Both the position numbers and the translations under genes were made by a program. A DNA stretch of 64,000 nucleotides, from assembly GCA_028023455.1 (NCBI GenBank), contig JAQFVV010000001.1, forward strand, positions 35,030,001 to 35,094,000, in the 5' to 3' direction. Below are positions 50,485-62,674 of this stretch, in pieces; position 1 is the first letter of the stretch, and each line of letters begins with the position of its first letter. Source of the stretch: Epiperipatus broadwayi. Its lineage: Eukaryota; Animalia; Onychophora. The notes beneath the pieces were generated by a model. The model worked only from the letters and a program-made list of their open reading frames with translations, was not told where the DNA came from and did not search any database.

Positions 50485-51590
50485 TATGAGTTGTCATTAT
50501 GTTTTGGATTTGTAGATTATGAAAAGGCATTCGATTCTATACACATTTCTTCAGTGATTAAAGCATTGGATCATCAAGGTATAGATCCAGGATATTGTCA
50601 TATTTTAAAGAATATTTATAAAAATGCAACAGCAACAATTAGATTACATAATGATACTGGAAAAATCAACATTGAGAAAGGTGTAAGACAAGGTGACTCC
50701 ATATCTCCAAAACTCTTTACAGCAATGCTGCAAGAAGTATTTTGTAGATTAAAATGGGAAACTAAAGGAGTGAAAGTAAATGGAGAGTATTTAAGTCATT
50801 TAGATTTCGCAGATGATGTAGTTGTTTTTGCAAATAATGCTTCAGAGCTGCAGGAAATGTTGCAGGAATTAGCAGATGAAAGTAGAAAAGTAGGACTAAA
50901 GATAAATGTTAAAAAGACTAAAGTAATGTTTAATCGATTTGCTCAAAATATGAAAATAAAGATTGATTATGAAGAATTAGAAGAAGTTAACAGTTACAAA
51001 TACCTTGGTCAGATTATTAATACAGATGGAAACATAATGGAGGAAATTAATCATAGAATTAAACTTGGTTGGAGTGCTTTTGGTAGAAATAACTTGATAC
51101 TAAAAGGAAATATGCCTATGTGTTTGAAAAGGATGGTTTTTAACAAATGTGTTTTACCAGTTCTTACTTATGGATCTGAGACTTGGACACTTAATAGAAG
51201 AGCAATACAGAGACTTCAGACCACTCAAAGGAGTATGGAGAGATGTATGTTGGGAGTAACAAGAAGAGATCGAAAACACAATGTATGGTTAAGACAACAA
51301 ACAGGTGTTACTGACCTTATTGAAAAAATTAAAAGATTGAAATGGAGTTGGGCTGGACATATTGCTAGAAGAGATGATAATAGATGGACAATTGAAATTT
51401 TAAACTGGATTCCAAGAGATTGTAAAAGACCCAGAAAGAGACCTCATGTGAGATGGATGGATGAAATAAGAAAATGTGCAGGGGTGTTGTGGAGAAGAGA
51501 AGCTAAAGATCGGAGAAGATGGATTAAACTTGGAGAGACCTTCATCCTGCAGTGGATTGATAATGGTTGATGATGATGATGATGATGATG
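50485..51590 (+). mobile_element. 5'-truncated RTE-clade LINE, young copy
   Basis: Uninterrupted RT C-terminal frame and (GAT)n tail to 51590; same family as 20640-22155. Confidence 0.97.
50491..51570 (+). CDS. RTE reverse transcriptase, C-terminal 359 aa (no true start codon)
   Basis: FVDYEKAFDS, GVRQGDSISPKLF, LDFADD, YKYLGQ, LTYGSETW, WSWAGHIAR, WIPRD. Confidence 0.92.
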   Translation: MSLCFGFVDYEKAFDSIHISSVIKALDHQGIDPGYCHILKNIYKNATATIRLHNDTGKINIEKGVRQGDSISPKLFTAMLQEVFCRLKWETKGVKVNGEYLSHLDFADDVVVFANNASELQEMLQELADESRKVGLKINVKKTKVMFNRFAQNMKIKIDYEELEEVNSYKYLGQIINTDGNIMEEINHRIKLGWSAFGRNNLILKGNMPMCLKRMVFNKCVLPVLTYGSETWTLNRRAIQRLQTTQRSMERCMLGVTRRDRKHNVWLRQQTGVTDLIEKIKRLKWSWAGHIARRDDNRWTIEILNWIPRDCKRPRKRPHVRWMDEIRKCAGVLWRREAKDRRRWIKLGETFILQWIDNG

Positions 51591-54500
51591 CATATATAAG
51601 TGTTACTTTATAATTTTTTAGCAGCTTCTTTTATGTGTCATAAAAACACATCATAAATAGCTTCATTGTTTTTTATTTTTCAGGTCTGTGCATATTTATT
51701 CATATATATCCATATATTTTCATGATGTGTTTACTGCACGCATATGATATAAAACAGTATTAGAAGAAAATAGAGTGATGTTCACTCCTGTCAAAGTAAT
51801 ATGTAAGCAATAGTATATTTTACATAAACATTATAAGACTAAAAAAAGTAATAGAATCATTTCATCTCTAATTATGTGCATGTGTATATTTATTGAAATT
51901 AATTTATATTTAAATATACTTTTAGTTATTTTTAACTCAAATTTTATTTTTTAAATAAAAAAATGTGATTCAGTTTGCAACTTTAACGATTAGAGGCAGT
52001 TGTTTTAAACTAGTTTATTATTTACAATCGGAAGGATGTTTATACGACTATTAATGAATTTCAATTAAAAAGCAAGTGTTAATTGTCGCTGGAGGACCTG
52101 AAGAATTGGGAGTTAACGAAAAGCTAGCTAAAAAATGAAAAGAATTGCTTGGTGAAGCCATTAATTGTCTGTTATTGAAGAGCTCACATTTATTTATAAT
52201 GAAGCTGTTATTATTCTAACAAATTATTTTAGTTTCAGTTCCAGGGAAACAACATAACTTTATTAGACTTGTGTTTTAATTTTTTAAAAGCATCCATTAT
52301 TTTAAAAATTTATATTTTAAAAAGACAGCTGTTACTTTTGAAATATTTTTAAAAAGCAGACATTTTTTTTAGTCTAAAAGATATTTTTTAAAAGAAGCAC
52401 ATTATATATCAATGAATTTATTTTGTTTCAAAATTTTTCAATTTGTTACTAAAAAATTAATTGCTTCAGCTAAATTAGTTTCATTTGCAAAAATATATGT
52501 ATAAAAAAAAAAGATATATGCAAGAAACAATAGCAATAATAAAATCTTAAAAATTTAATTTTTAAATTTTATTAACTTAATAGCAAATAATGTTTTTACA
52601 GTTTTGCGCCAGATAATGACATTTGATACTGGGAAATAGTGCATATATACTTTCAATTAGCAATTTAATCAAAACCAGAGAGTATTAATTTCAGAAATAC
52701 GAAAACAGCTAATAAATAATATACCCTGAATGCATTTTCGTTGATGAGTTCCCGTATCAAAGATAATAGTTATAATATTTTTTCCCCAAAAAACAGTTAC
52801 ATACATCAAATCTGTAATGAACTAAAGACCAGCATTTCAAGCCAATGTATATGTGCTTTTTTTTTTTATGAATGTTAATAATAAATGAATACTTTTATTT
52901 CCAACACAAGATAAAGTATTTGTGAAAGAATAGAATGAATCCACCTATTTTTTCAACCCAAATGCTTAAGTATGGGTAAATCTTAAGCATTGAAAATGAA
53001 AGCATGAAGATAAACCAATCACTTTAAATTACTCTTTACCATGTCTGAATGAATGACGCCTACAACATTTTTTAGAATTTACGAGGACGTTATAAAACTA
53101 TCATTTTAAATATAGTATATTCCAAACTGTATTTATTTAAACATTATTAAATTTTCTATTTACCATAAACCTACAGTTATTAATAAATCAAGGTTCTTTA
53201 ATTTTACGTTTCTGATCATTGTGTTAACTGCAAACTATTTTTACCTCATTAGCATTAAAAACATATTCAAATAGTTTTTCATGATCCAAGAATCCTTCTG
53301 ATATTGAAGAATCCAACTTAGCTTTTATTGTAATAATACATGTTCAATTATTTAAATCTTACCTTAATGCATTCTCCTTAGTAAACATATGGACAATTAT
53401 GTTCCTGATACTTCATCAAATAAACAATATAAAGGTATTCCTTATAATCAATTTTATCTTTACTATCGTTAATCAAATGGTTTATTATGGTGGGTTAATG
53501 AAAATGCATTATATTCTTTATCACAAAATTTCTTTATTTCTGTAAAAATATAAGGTATATAAAGAAAAACCATCCATGATTTATTATCTGTAAAATGTAA
53601 TTAATATTAAATCAATTTATCATAAAAATGCTTAACATATTTAAATAATACATATTTGTTTTAATCTATCGCTATTAATTTAGACATATAAATATTTTTT
53701 AATCAGATTTAAATTTACACAAAGCTTTGAAATCTATATATTTATATCCAGATATATAAAAGATTTAGGATATGTACAACTTCTAACGTTAATAGGCTTA
53801 ATTGACATTGTGTAGTCCAATATTTTATTATTACACTTTATTTACAAATCTAGATATTTAATGTTTCTATTAATCTCATGTTCAATAGACCAGTTTAAGT
53901 TTGAACCCTCTTTCAATTTATTTAAAATGTAGAGAATTGGTTCTAAAAGTCTGCAAATTATTATTCAATACAGACTGTACATTTTTTTCTTAATATAATT
54001 AACTGACAGAATATTGATTAAAGCAGTTACTGAATTTCCCATCTGATCATGATTGTTCCATTTTATAAAATAGTTCATTGAAAGGAGCAGTAATATCTTG
54101 ACTAACCTAATTGAGAACATCCCTAATATGTTTTGTTTTTTCTTCTTCAAAATTGTTTTAATAAGCAAATAGTCAATAATTTTCAGAGAAAAAGCATGAT
54201 CAGCCAAACCATATAACCCATTGACATCAAAAAAGCCATTCTATAGTTATCACTAATTTAAACCAAATTTAAAATACTAAGGCATTCAAAAAATGATTTA
54301 ATTGCAAATTTACCAAAACCCAAAATCAATCGTAAACCTTAAAGGATATTCTTTGTGCAGTTTAATATTTATGAAAATATACGTGTTATTACTGTGATTG
54401 ATTTTATCTTTAAATACATATCTCATATAAAAGCTTTATTTTCATATTGTCATGAGAACATTATTTATAAATTTATTCTTAAATGATATGACATTTTATC

Positions 54501-54732
54501 CATTACTTTTTTGTAATGGAATTTTCTTTAGTTGTAGTTTAGTAAGAATTTTAAAATGATGCAGGCCAATTATATTATTTCTGCTTAAAGCTTTATTTTG
54601 TGTGTGTGTTTTTAAAAGTATTGTAAATTTCACATTATTATTATTTTAGCATTGCATAAAAATAAATAATCTGTCAAATTTTCTGCTTTTATAGTATAGC
54701 TATAAAACAACAACAACAATAGTTCTCGTCTT

Positions 54733-54816
54733 GCATTGGTGGTCGAGAGGTCAGCGCGACTGCCTTGCACTTGCAGGCAGTTGCCCGGGTTGCGGGTTCG
54801 CGTCCCGGCCGATGCT
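54733..54816 (+). ncRNA. tRNA-Gly-like Pol III-type unit (atypical tRNA pseudogene, SINE head or ncRNA)
   Basis: 7-bp acceptor stem GCATTGG/CCGATGC, A-box TGGTCGAGAGG, B-box-like GGTTCGCGTCC, hairpin ACTGCC/GGCAGT; TATAAAA at 54701, TTTT at 54837; no canonical anticodon arm. Confidence 0.7.
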
Positions 54817-55839
54817 ATGACACTTAAAAACAATAGTTTTCAAAAAATAATTTGACTAATTAAAAACTAGAAAATATTTTAGCTTAAAAGCAAAATTATA
54901 CTTTTAACTCATTAAATTTTTTATTAATTTCAAACAATTTCTTTTTATAGTTTGAGACAAAAAGGGATAGTCACGTGATGTTTTATTATTGAATTATCAA
55001 TTTTTATAACAATAGTAATATGAATTAAAATGGCTTTTAATGGATTCGTGTGAATATATATAATATATGCATGCATATGTTTTAAAAAAAAAATTATCAA
55101 ATATTTTTATGTAATAAAAATATGTTTTGTTTTTATTTAACTGGAGTTTTTATTAGTAAAATAGAAAATTAACTTTTGAATTTTTGCATATTTTTGTCAT
55201 GATCTTCAGTTTTTAAAACTAAAACTAAATTGCTTCAATCTTGGTAACTTTATAATCAATTCATTTCACGATCAGAAAAGAACTTGCTTTTCAAACAATT
55301 TTTTACTTGTGTTTATTGATATCAAAAATTATAAATCTTCAACTAAAGCTGAATATCATCTGATGTATTTATTTTAGAAAAATAAATAATAGAAAAAATT
55401 ATGAAATATGCATTTTATATTTCTAATTTAATAAAAATAATATATCTAAGTAGAAATGCCCTCATTTTTAATTCTTATGTCATCTGCAAAATGCCACAAT
55501 AGATTTACCATTATTTAAATTATATGTTTCTCCTCATCATTATGCGTCTTATAATTGATAAAATGACACTTAATAATATGAGTCTACATGATCTTTTGTA
55601 AACTTTATTGTAAATTTATCTTTTAAGATTGAGTCAATTGTTTTTAATTAATTTATCTGTTTTCTTTTTATAGTAAATATTATAGACCATCTTTTGATCA
55701 ATTCAAGGAATCATTTCCAATCTTATTTCTTTCCTCTCATGAGAATCATCAAGTGACATAGTAATGTGGATTGATAATATCAAACAAAAAGCTTTCCTTC
55801 AACAAATACACACATTTCAAGAAAGATCCTTATCTCATC

Positions 55840-56170
55840 TATTCATTTTATATATGGTCCATTTCTAAATCATTTATAATATTTTGAGATTCAGTTCAAG
55901 ATTTCAACTGCTCATCAATTATAATGCCTTCTAAAATATGTTCTGTCCAGCTTCATTTCACTATCTTAATTTTTTTCATTTATGTCAATGATATCTGTTA
56001 TTTTATTTATACATTTTGCTTTTGATTTATCCTTGTTATTTCCAATGTGCATCTTTCTGTTCATTATTTATGTGGTTTGAGATCTCTCTATTGTTATTAC
56101 TTTGCAAATTCAAGTCTTAGATTTAAATTTCAAAACTAATACAACTATGTATTAAAAACTTTATTCTTAA
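55840..56170 (-). mobile_element. Degenerate RTE 3' fragment
   Basis: Minus strand ACAGATATCATTGACATAAATGAAAAAATTAAGATAGTGAAATGAAGCTGGACAGAACATAT aligns with the TDLIEKIKRLKWSWAGHI region of the 50-kb copy. Confidence 0.65.
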
Positions 56171-56455
56171 AATACATAGATATATTTCTTTTTAATATCA
56201 AGTTATTTCTACCAAAATAATTCTATCCGAATTTAATTCTTGATTAATCTTATTCATTATGTTTCCATAATATTTGTAGTTGTTAACTTCTTATTTATGA
56301 TTATTAATATTTATTTACTGTTTCTAAAAAAAAAAATCCATTAAAACTTTCATTATAATTTTTTTTATTTGTATATATATATATATATATATATATAAAA
56401 TCAAAACTACCCCAAATCCAAAATTAAACTAGACCAGCATAAAAATAATATAAAA

Positions 56456-56499
56456 ACACAACCTAAGGTTTCACTGCTACAAGCAGACTTCTCAAGTGT
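56456..56499 (-). ncRNA. Hammerhead ribozyme-like motif (U3/A8 variant)
   Basis: ACAC-TTGAGAA-G-TCTGC(TTGTA)GCAGT-GAAA-CC(TTA)GG-T-T-GTGT: 4-bp stem I, CTGC/GCAG stem II, ACC/GGT stem III, GUU triplet. Confidence 0.65.
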
Positions 56500-56533
56500 A
56501 AAGAACTACAAAAACTACACAATATATATAATA

Positions 56534-56902
56534 TTAAAAACTACCTACAAATCCATTCACTTCCCATCCACCCTTAATATTAAAAGAACTCTTAAATAAG
56601 TTAATTGCTTCAGAATAGTAAATTTACAATAATAAAGACTCTTTAATTCTTCTTTTGATTTCATTTCTCTCAAAGAAGGCAACCTTAGCTTCATCAAAAT
56701 CAATAGTGTGGCCTGTATCTTTTTCATGGTCATACAAAGCAGAACTAAGATATCTATTTTTAACTCTACTTTTATGAACCTTTATTCTTTCATTTAAACT
56801 CAAACTACTCTGACCTATGTAAACCTTCTTACAAAATAAACAAGGAATAAAATATACTACACCAGGAATAGTCTTTCTATCAAAAAACTTCTTTTGTATT
56901 AT
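56534..56902 (-). pseudogene. GIY-YIG endonuclease domain of a PLE (absent from the ORF track, no ATG)
   Basis: Manual translation ...PGVVYFIPCLFCKKVYIGQSSLSLNERIKVHKSRVKNRYLSSALYDHEKDTGHTIDFDEAKVAFFERNEIKRRIKESLLL*IYYSEAINL...: GVVY, CxxC, YIG, R..H, E; internal TAA at 56624-56626. Confidence 0.92.
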
Positions 56903-57399
56903 TTAATAAATTATTCAATGTAACACCCCTTTTCCAAGCAATTTTCTTATTTCCATACAATATACTATTTCTACACACAATTTTATAAAAGGACAATTTA
57001 AATGGCAAAGAAATAAAATCATATTTTTCTTTAACCTTTACATCCTTACAAATATTACTATTAAATAAAATACTTTTAACAAATTTATCAGATAGCTATC
57101 AGTCTGTATCTCATAAAGTAGCTGCTTTAAGGAATTATTGTCATAGAAATATTAAATTAAATAATTCTAGTGGGGTTGCTTTGTTTCAGAAATACCAATT
57201 TTATAAAGATTACTCCAACCTCTAAAATAAGTGTGTTATCTTAGGTTCAAACCCTTAGGTATTTTGAATTTCAAGATGTTATTTTAAATAATATAAAAGT
57301 AAATGTTATATTCATAAGCGCATTAGTTCTAGCTTTGAATTTTTGTCTTCACTTATAAAGGCAAAATTTAAAGAGCAATGTAGTAGGATTTCATAGTGC

Positions 57400-58020
57400 T
57401 ATACCATTTGACATCTATTGATGACTGAAGTGTACAGTAGATGACATTAGATTAGAGTGAAATTTGCCCCTGAGAATACTGTGAATACTGAAGATGAGTT
57501 TAACTAAATATTCATGCAGGATTGACAGTATTTGTTGAACATTTGTATCAACAAGAAACAATCAAAACTGGGATGCAGAGAACATATTAAAGACACAGAT
57601 GATCTGAAAATTCAAAAGGCAGTTTGAATGTTGGCAATTACTTCAATAAATAATTAATTCATGATAAAAGAAATTACAATGAGAATTACAACAGCTAAAC
57701 TGATTTTTATTAAAGATAGTACATTGTTTTTTGATCATTAATTTGGAAAAGAACCTTGTGAACTATTGTGCTTGAAGTCTTATATGAAATCTTGAATAAT
57801 TATTTTAAAAAATATTGTAGGCTCTAGAAATTAATATTTGAAGAAAAATGAAAAAGTTGGAATGATGATATCAGCAATATAAAACTATTGAAACAAAAAT
57901 ATAAAAAAGATTATTTATTTCAAAACTTGAAAAGTTTCAAATTTGAGAAGAAAAACAGATATTAAGAAATAAATGAATGCTGGTCTTAAGAAAAGAAATA
58001 GCAATGAGAATAGAAGAAAA
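57400..58020 (+). mobile_element. Highly degenerate RTE-like RT remnant (different subfamily)
   Basis: Relic KEITMRITTAKLIFIKDSTLFF near 57668-57735, with an upstream INKKQSK-like segment. Boundaries approximate. Confidence 0.5.
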
Positions 58021-61000
58021 ATCAGTATATATATATATAAATCTTGGAGTGATGTACAGACCCTATTTCTGTCAGAAAAATAATGGGGATTTTAAATATT
58101 AAATTGTAATATCAAAATTATGTGGATAAAATAAATTTTTCAAAATTATTTATTTACAAATGCAAATAATAAAAAAGTTGAATGAATAAAATGATCAAAT
58201 AGTTTGAAGTTTTATAGACTTCAGGTCATATTATGAGACAGCAAATAAAAAAAATTAACAACTGGAAGAAACTCAATCAACAAATCTATAAAATATTTAA
58301 AATGTAATGGTAAGAAATAATTTAAACATCATAATGTCTGATATGATATTATAGTCAATAGAATGAAACATTTTAAAATGGGCAAACATTGTTGTTATAA
58401 CTGATAATTTTTCACTAAACCCTTAATGACTATCTCACTTTATTTCAGAGTTGTGACATTCATTAACTTTGAAATACTTAGTCATTATTTCATTTTAATT
58501 ATTTTTTAAAATTTAAATTAATTTCTTTTTTGACTAATTATTCCTTGCTTATGTACTATATGTTGTGATACCAATTATAATTTTAGAATAGATTCTAATT
58601 AAAATATATTATTCTTATTTTAATTAAATAATTAAAACAATGCTAATGCATGAAGTCATTCATAAATAAGATATAATTTTTATATATTCATTACTTTGGT
58701 ATTTCTGAGTAAGTTTAAACCATTTTTTAAGTAATTTTTATAAAATATTTATTTTTAATTATAATCTGATCTCTTTGATTTTAGAATTTGATATGAATAG
58801 ATAAATTAATGATACATTTGTGAAATTATTAGCTGTAATAAGATTTTTTTTTTGATATTATCTAAGAATAGGTGTATCTCTTCTGATGTCAAGTAATGTT
58901 TATTGAATACATTTTCACAGAAGGTAGGTGGTCTTAATCTTCTTATGCACATGACAATTTAATAGCTTTGAGATTATATATTCTTTTACAAAAGTGTTTC
59001 ATATACTAAGATAAAATTGAACTATTTATAAAGTGCTAACATTGCACACTCAAATAATATTTTTAAGACTGTTAATTAATATTCTGAATCTAATCATGGC
59101 TTTAATAGTGCTGAGATACTTCAAGTAAGTTAAGATTGTAATCTAAAGTAGAACTAAATAGTATGGAAAAATTCATGTTTAATATGCTTTTCAAAGATAT
59201 ATATATTCAATTCTTCTTTTGCTACCATGGTGGTAAGTTAGATTAATTTAAAATGCAGAATTTCTAGTGAACTATTTTATAAACCTGAAAATTTTTCTTG
59301 GACAACATTCTCACAGTACTTTGTAGCCACAGAAAAAATTATCTAAGATTACATTTGATTAGAAATTAACTTAAATAATAATGATGAGAACCAAAATCTT
59401 ATCATAGATCTGATGGAAAATAAAGCTCTGGAAGATCTCTTCTAGTGAATATGCAAATTAAAGCCTTATAGAAGATAGTCATTTTTAATATCTGCAGCAG
59501 ATTTCACATATTTGACTCTTATCATAATTAATCAGTTTTTCTATTTTAGTGATATATTTGAAAAGTTGTTAAATCACTGTAAAATATTGTGCTATATTAA
59601 ATATTCAGGAAAGACATTTTATGATTTAGAAATCCCCTCCCCCCATCTTCTAATAAGACTGAACACTGAACAGTCAAATTCTTTATTTTAAGTGTTCAAA
59701 AGGGTCTATTATACTTTATTAGTTTAAATAAAAACTTTTATCAAATGTTTTATATAAATAAATGGCAAATTTATTGATTGTAATTCTGTACCATATTTTG
59801 GCCCGAATAGATTCTATGTTTCAAAGCAGGGATCAAGCTCCATGATTTCATCTGGAATAAACTAAAGAAATCATTTTATTAATTCACTTTTCATTTCTAA
59901 ATTCACCTACAAAGTATAATTAGTTCACCAAAATGTATATATAAAATAGAATTTCATTCCATTCTAGAATGTATATTCTTTTGCACCTTTTAAGAATATT
60001 ATTTTTAATTACTTTTATTAAGATAAAATGTTTATTAGGCTTCTATTTGTGTTTTCATTAAAATACTTTGAAAAAAAAATAGGTCAAGTAGCTTTTTTGA
60101 AGTTCCATTTAAAGATAGAATAATAAAAAACCATAGAACTGCACATTTGATGAGTGTTTGGGTATTTCATGAGTTATCAAACAAAGTCTGATTCAGATAT
60201 CAGAAAAATCAGGATTTTAGAGAAAAGAGTTAATATCTAAATGAAAGTGATACAAGTTGATTAAATTCCACATAAAAAGCATTCCCAATAAATAAGTATG
60301 CCATTCAAATCTCAATTCGTTTTACTATCACAATGCCTTTTTAATTGTTTTAAAATTTCACCAGAAAGTAGATTTTTAGTATGTGAGAAGAAATAAAAAA
60401 GAGTAAGAGAAATATAATAGTCTTACATGTTAAATACTGACCAAAATTTTATTATGAGTTTATACAATGCTATTTTTTCCTTTCATTTGTATTTGCAATT
60501 TTATTTAGCAAAATATTTTTAATTTATGACCAAAAAGGTTTTAAAATTTTCTTCATATGAAATAGTTACTTATCACTTTTGGTATAGGTCACCAGAATCA
60601 TAGTTATCATTGGATGACTGGGTGTGCAGTAAGAGCTTTGATCCTGATGAACTACAGCTGTATCTAAGACTAAGTAACTATTTATATAAAGAAAATATTA
60701 AAACCTTTTTGATGGCAGATGTTAAAAACTATTTGCTAAGTATGATGTTTATATATATTGAAGCATTTTGTTCATTTGACTAGGTCTCTGTTACACATAA
60801 AATGCGTGAGTTGATCAAGTTATGGAAAAAGAAGAAAGTTTCATTTCTATTTCTAAAATCATAACTATATTTCCTGATCAACTCTACCTAGTAATTGTTA
60901 CAATTTATGCATTGATAGAATCAGTTTTTATTTCTTTTATAAGGGTGCCAGGATTCATATAAGAATCTGCTGAAATATGTCACATTGCATCTCGAAAATT

Positions 61001-62147
61001 AAAAAAAAAAATGTTTTTAAAAGAATCGGTATCATATTTTACCATAATTAGAGTTATTTTCTAGATATTATTATTCCTGGAGCTTAGTCAACACATATTG
61101 GCAAAGGTAAATTATATTTTCAAATCTTACTAAACTAATATTAATAAATTTAATGATAATCATCAATAACATACAAGAAAAAATTGGTGTTAGAAATAAA
61201 TATTTTTATTCTAACAAATTAAAATGTTTAAAGATAAATTACTAATTAAATAAAACTGGAGAAAACACACTCATGTTAATCCAGACATGAATCAATGAAT
61301 AAAAAACAGTTTCACAATTACAGTTCACTTCAAAATTTCTTCTAGAAAGTTCTTTAAAATGAATGTCTCTTGAATAAGAAAATTAATGTCTCTATTGGGA
61401 TTATTTTAAGCATATTTTTAAGAACTGTTTGCAAACACTTAATTTTGTCACAATCAGGAATATTAATCTTAACTTACTGGTAAGTTTAGTGAGTTCACGA
61501 AGCTTGTAGATTACTATGCATAGTTTTTTTTGTGGGAGAATGAGCTCAGCCATCAGCTATAAGTTGATCTTGGTCTATCCTACTGGTTGGTCATAAAAGC
61601 TTTTCTGGTATCTGTCTTCAGGAATGATGTCAGCAAAAGCCTTGGTCCACTTCCAACATGCAGAATTATTTCAGTGTAGAGTGGTCCTGGATATATTTTT
61701 GTTATCCAGGACCAACCATAGGAAAAACAGACAAAACAAGACTCTGATCAAACTGGTCTCTTCCTTTTATACTCAAGGTCCAGTTTTCAGACTTCTGTGC
61801 ATGTTATTATTATCATGTTGTTTAGGTTTATAATCTTGTACATTCTTTATCATTTTTCAGTTATAAAGTTCTCTTTTTTTTATAAAGTCTTTCAGCCATC
61901 TTTAATTAGCTAAAATATTTTTCTTTTAGCTTATCTGAATTAGTAATTGTGTGTCTTTTGTTCTCTCCAATTTTTACTTTTATTTTTAACTAGATAAAAA
62001 AAATATGGACAACAAATTTAACTTTCATTGTACATTTAAAAAAAATAAATTATACAAACTAAAAAAAAAATTAATTTCATCTTTTTAATAAGATGGCTAA
62101 ATTTACTTTTTCCTAGCTTTTACCAAATGCCAATATATTTGTACCAT

Positions 62148-62215
62148 ATATAAATAAACGGTACAATATATATATATAACAATATAAATAAACGGTACAA
62201 TATATATATATAACA
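62148..62215. repeat. 34-bp tandem duplication
   Basis: ATATAAATAAACGGTACAATATATATATATAACA twice. Confidence 0.85.
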
Positions 62216-62674
62216 ATGAGTATTTGTAAAAATTGCATAAGATTTTAATGTTATTGTTTTTTAAAATGACTAAATTCAAGTTTGTATAAGGTTTGTTTGT
62301 AATGAAAATATAGTTAAGAATAATCAGTAAATTTTCTTCATTATAATGATTTTCTTAAAGTGTATAATGTTTACATTACAACTGTTTAGAGTTTTTGATA
62401 GCAGTTTAATTTTTATTATAAAATACTTTTAATGTTTCATTATATTATAATAATTTCAATTTTCAAAGCTTTATTTTAGCTATTGGATTTTTAAGGCAGC
62501 CATTAGCATTTATCTCAATAATAGATACTTTTTTAAAATAGTTCTATCATACATATTTTGATCTTTGACTTTGTCTATGTTTTATAGATTTTTTACAACA
62601 GTTTTACAAGAAGTATTTTATAGGTTGAAATGAGAAGCTAAAGAAAAAAAATTGATGATTATTTAAGTCTTCTA

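Larger units (their letters stand above)
56398..57110 (-). mobile_element. 5'-truncated Penelope-like element (linker, GIY-YIG, 3' repeat with hammerhead)
   Basis: Upstream frame FISLPF...IAWKRGVTLNNLL, frameshift near 56903, then the endonuclease; 3' end abuts (TA)n at 56372-56397. Confidence 0.85.

Noticed and set aside
52090-52130. CTGAAGA...GAAA-AGCTAGCT hammerhead-like string
   Set aside because: No stem I and weak stem II; probably chance.
53355-53390. Minus-strand ATG TTT ACT AAG GAG AAT GCA TTA AG|GTAAGA, possible mini first exon
   Set aside because: Good donor, but no partner exon or homology; needs RNA-seq.
60653-60680. CTGATGA followed by TACAGCTGTA
   Set aside because: No GAAA or closing stems.
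61682-61713. 11-bp hairpin GGTCCTGGATA/TATCCAGGACC and ORF 61624-61833
   Set aside because: Isolated; no family or function can be assigned.
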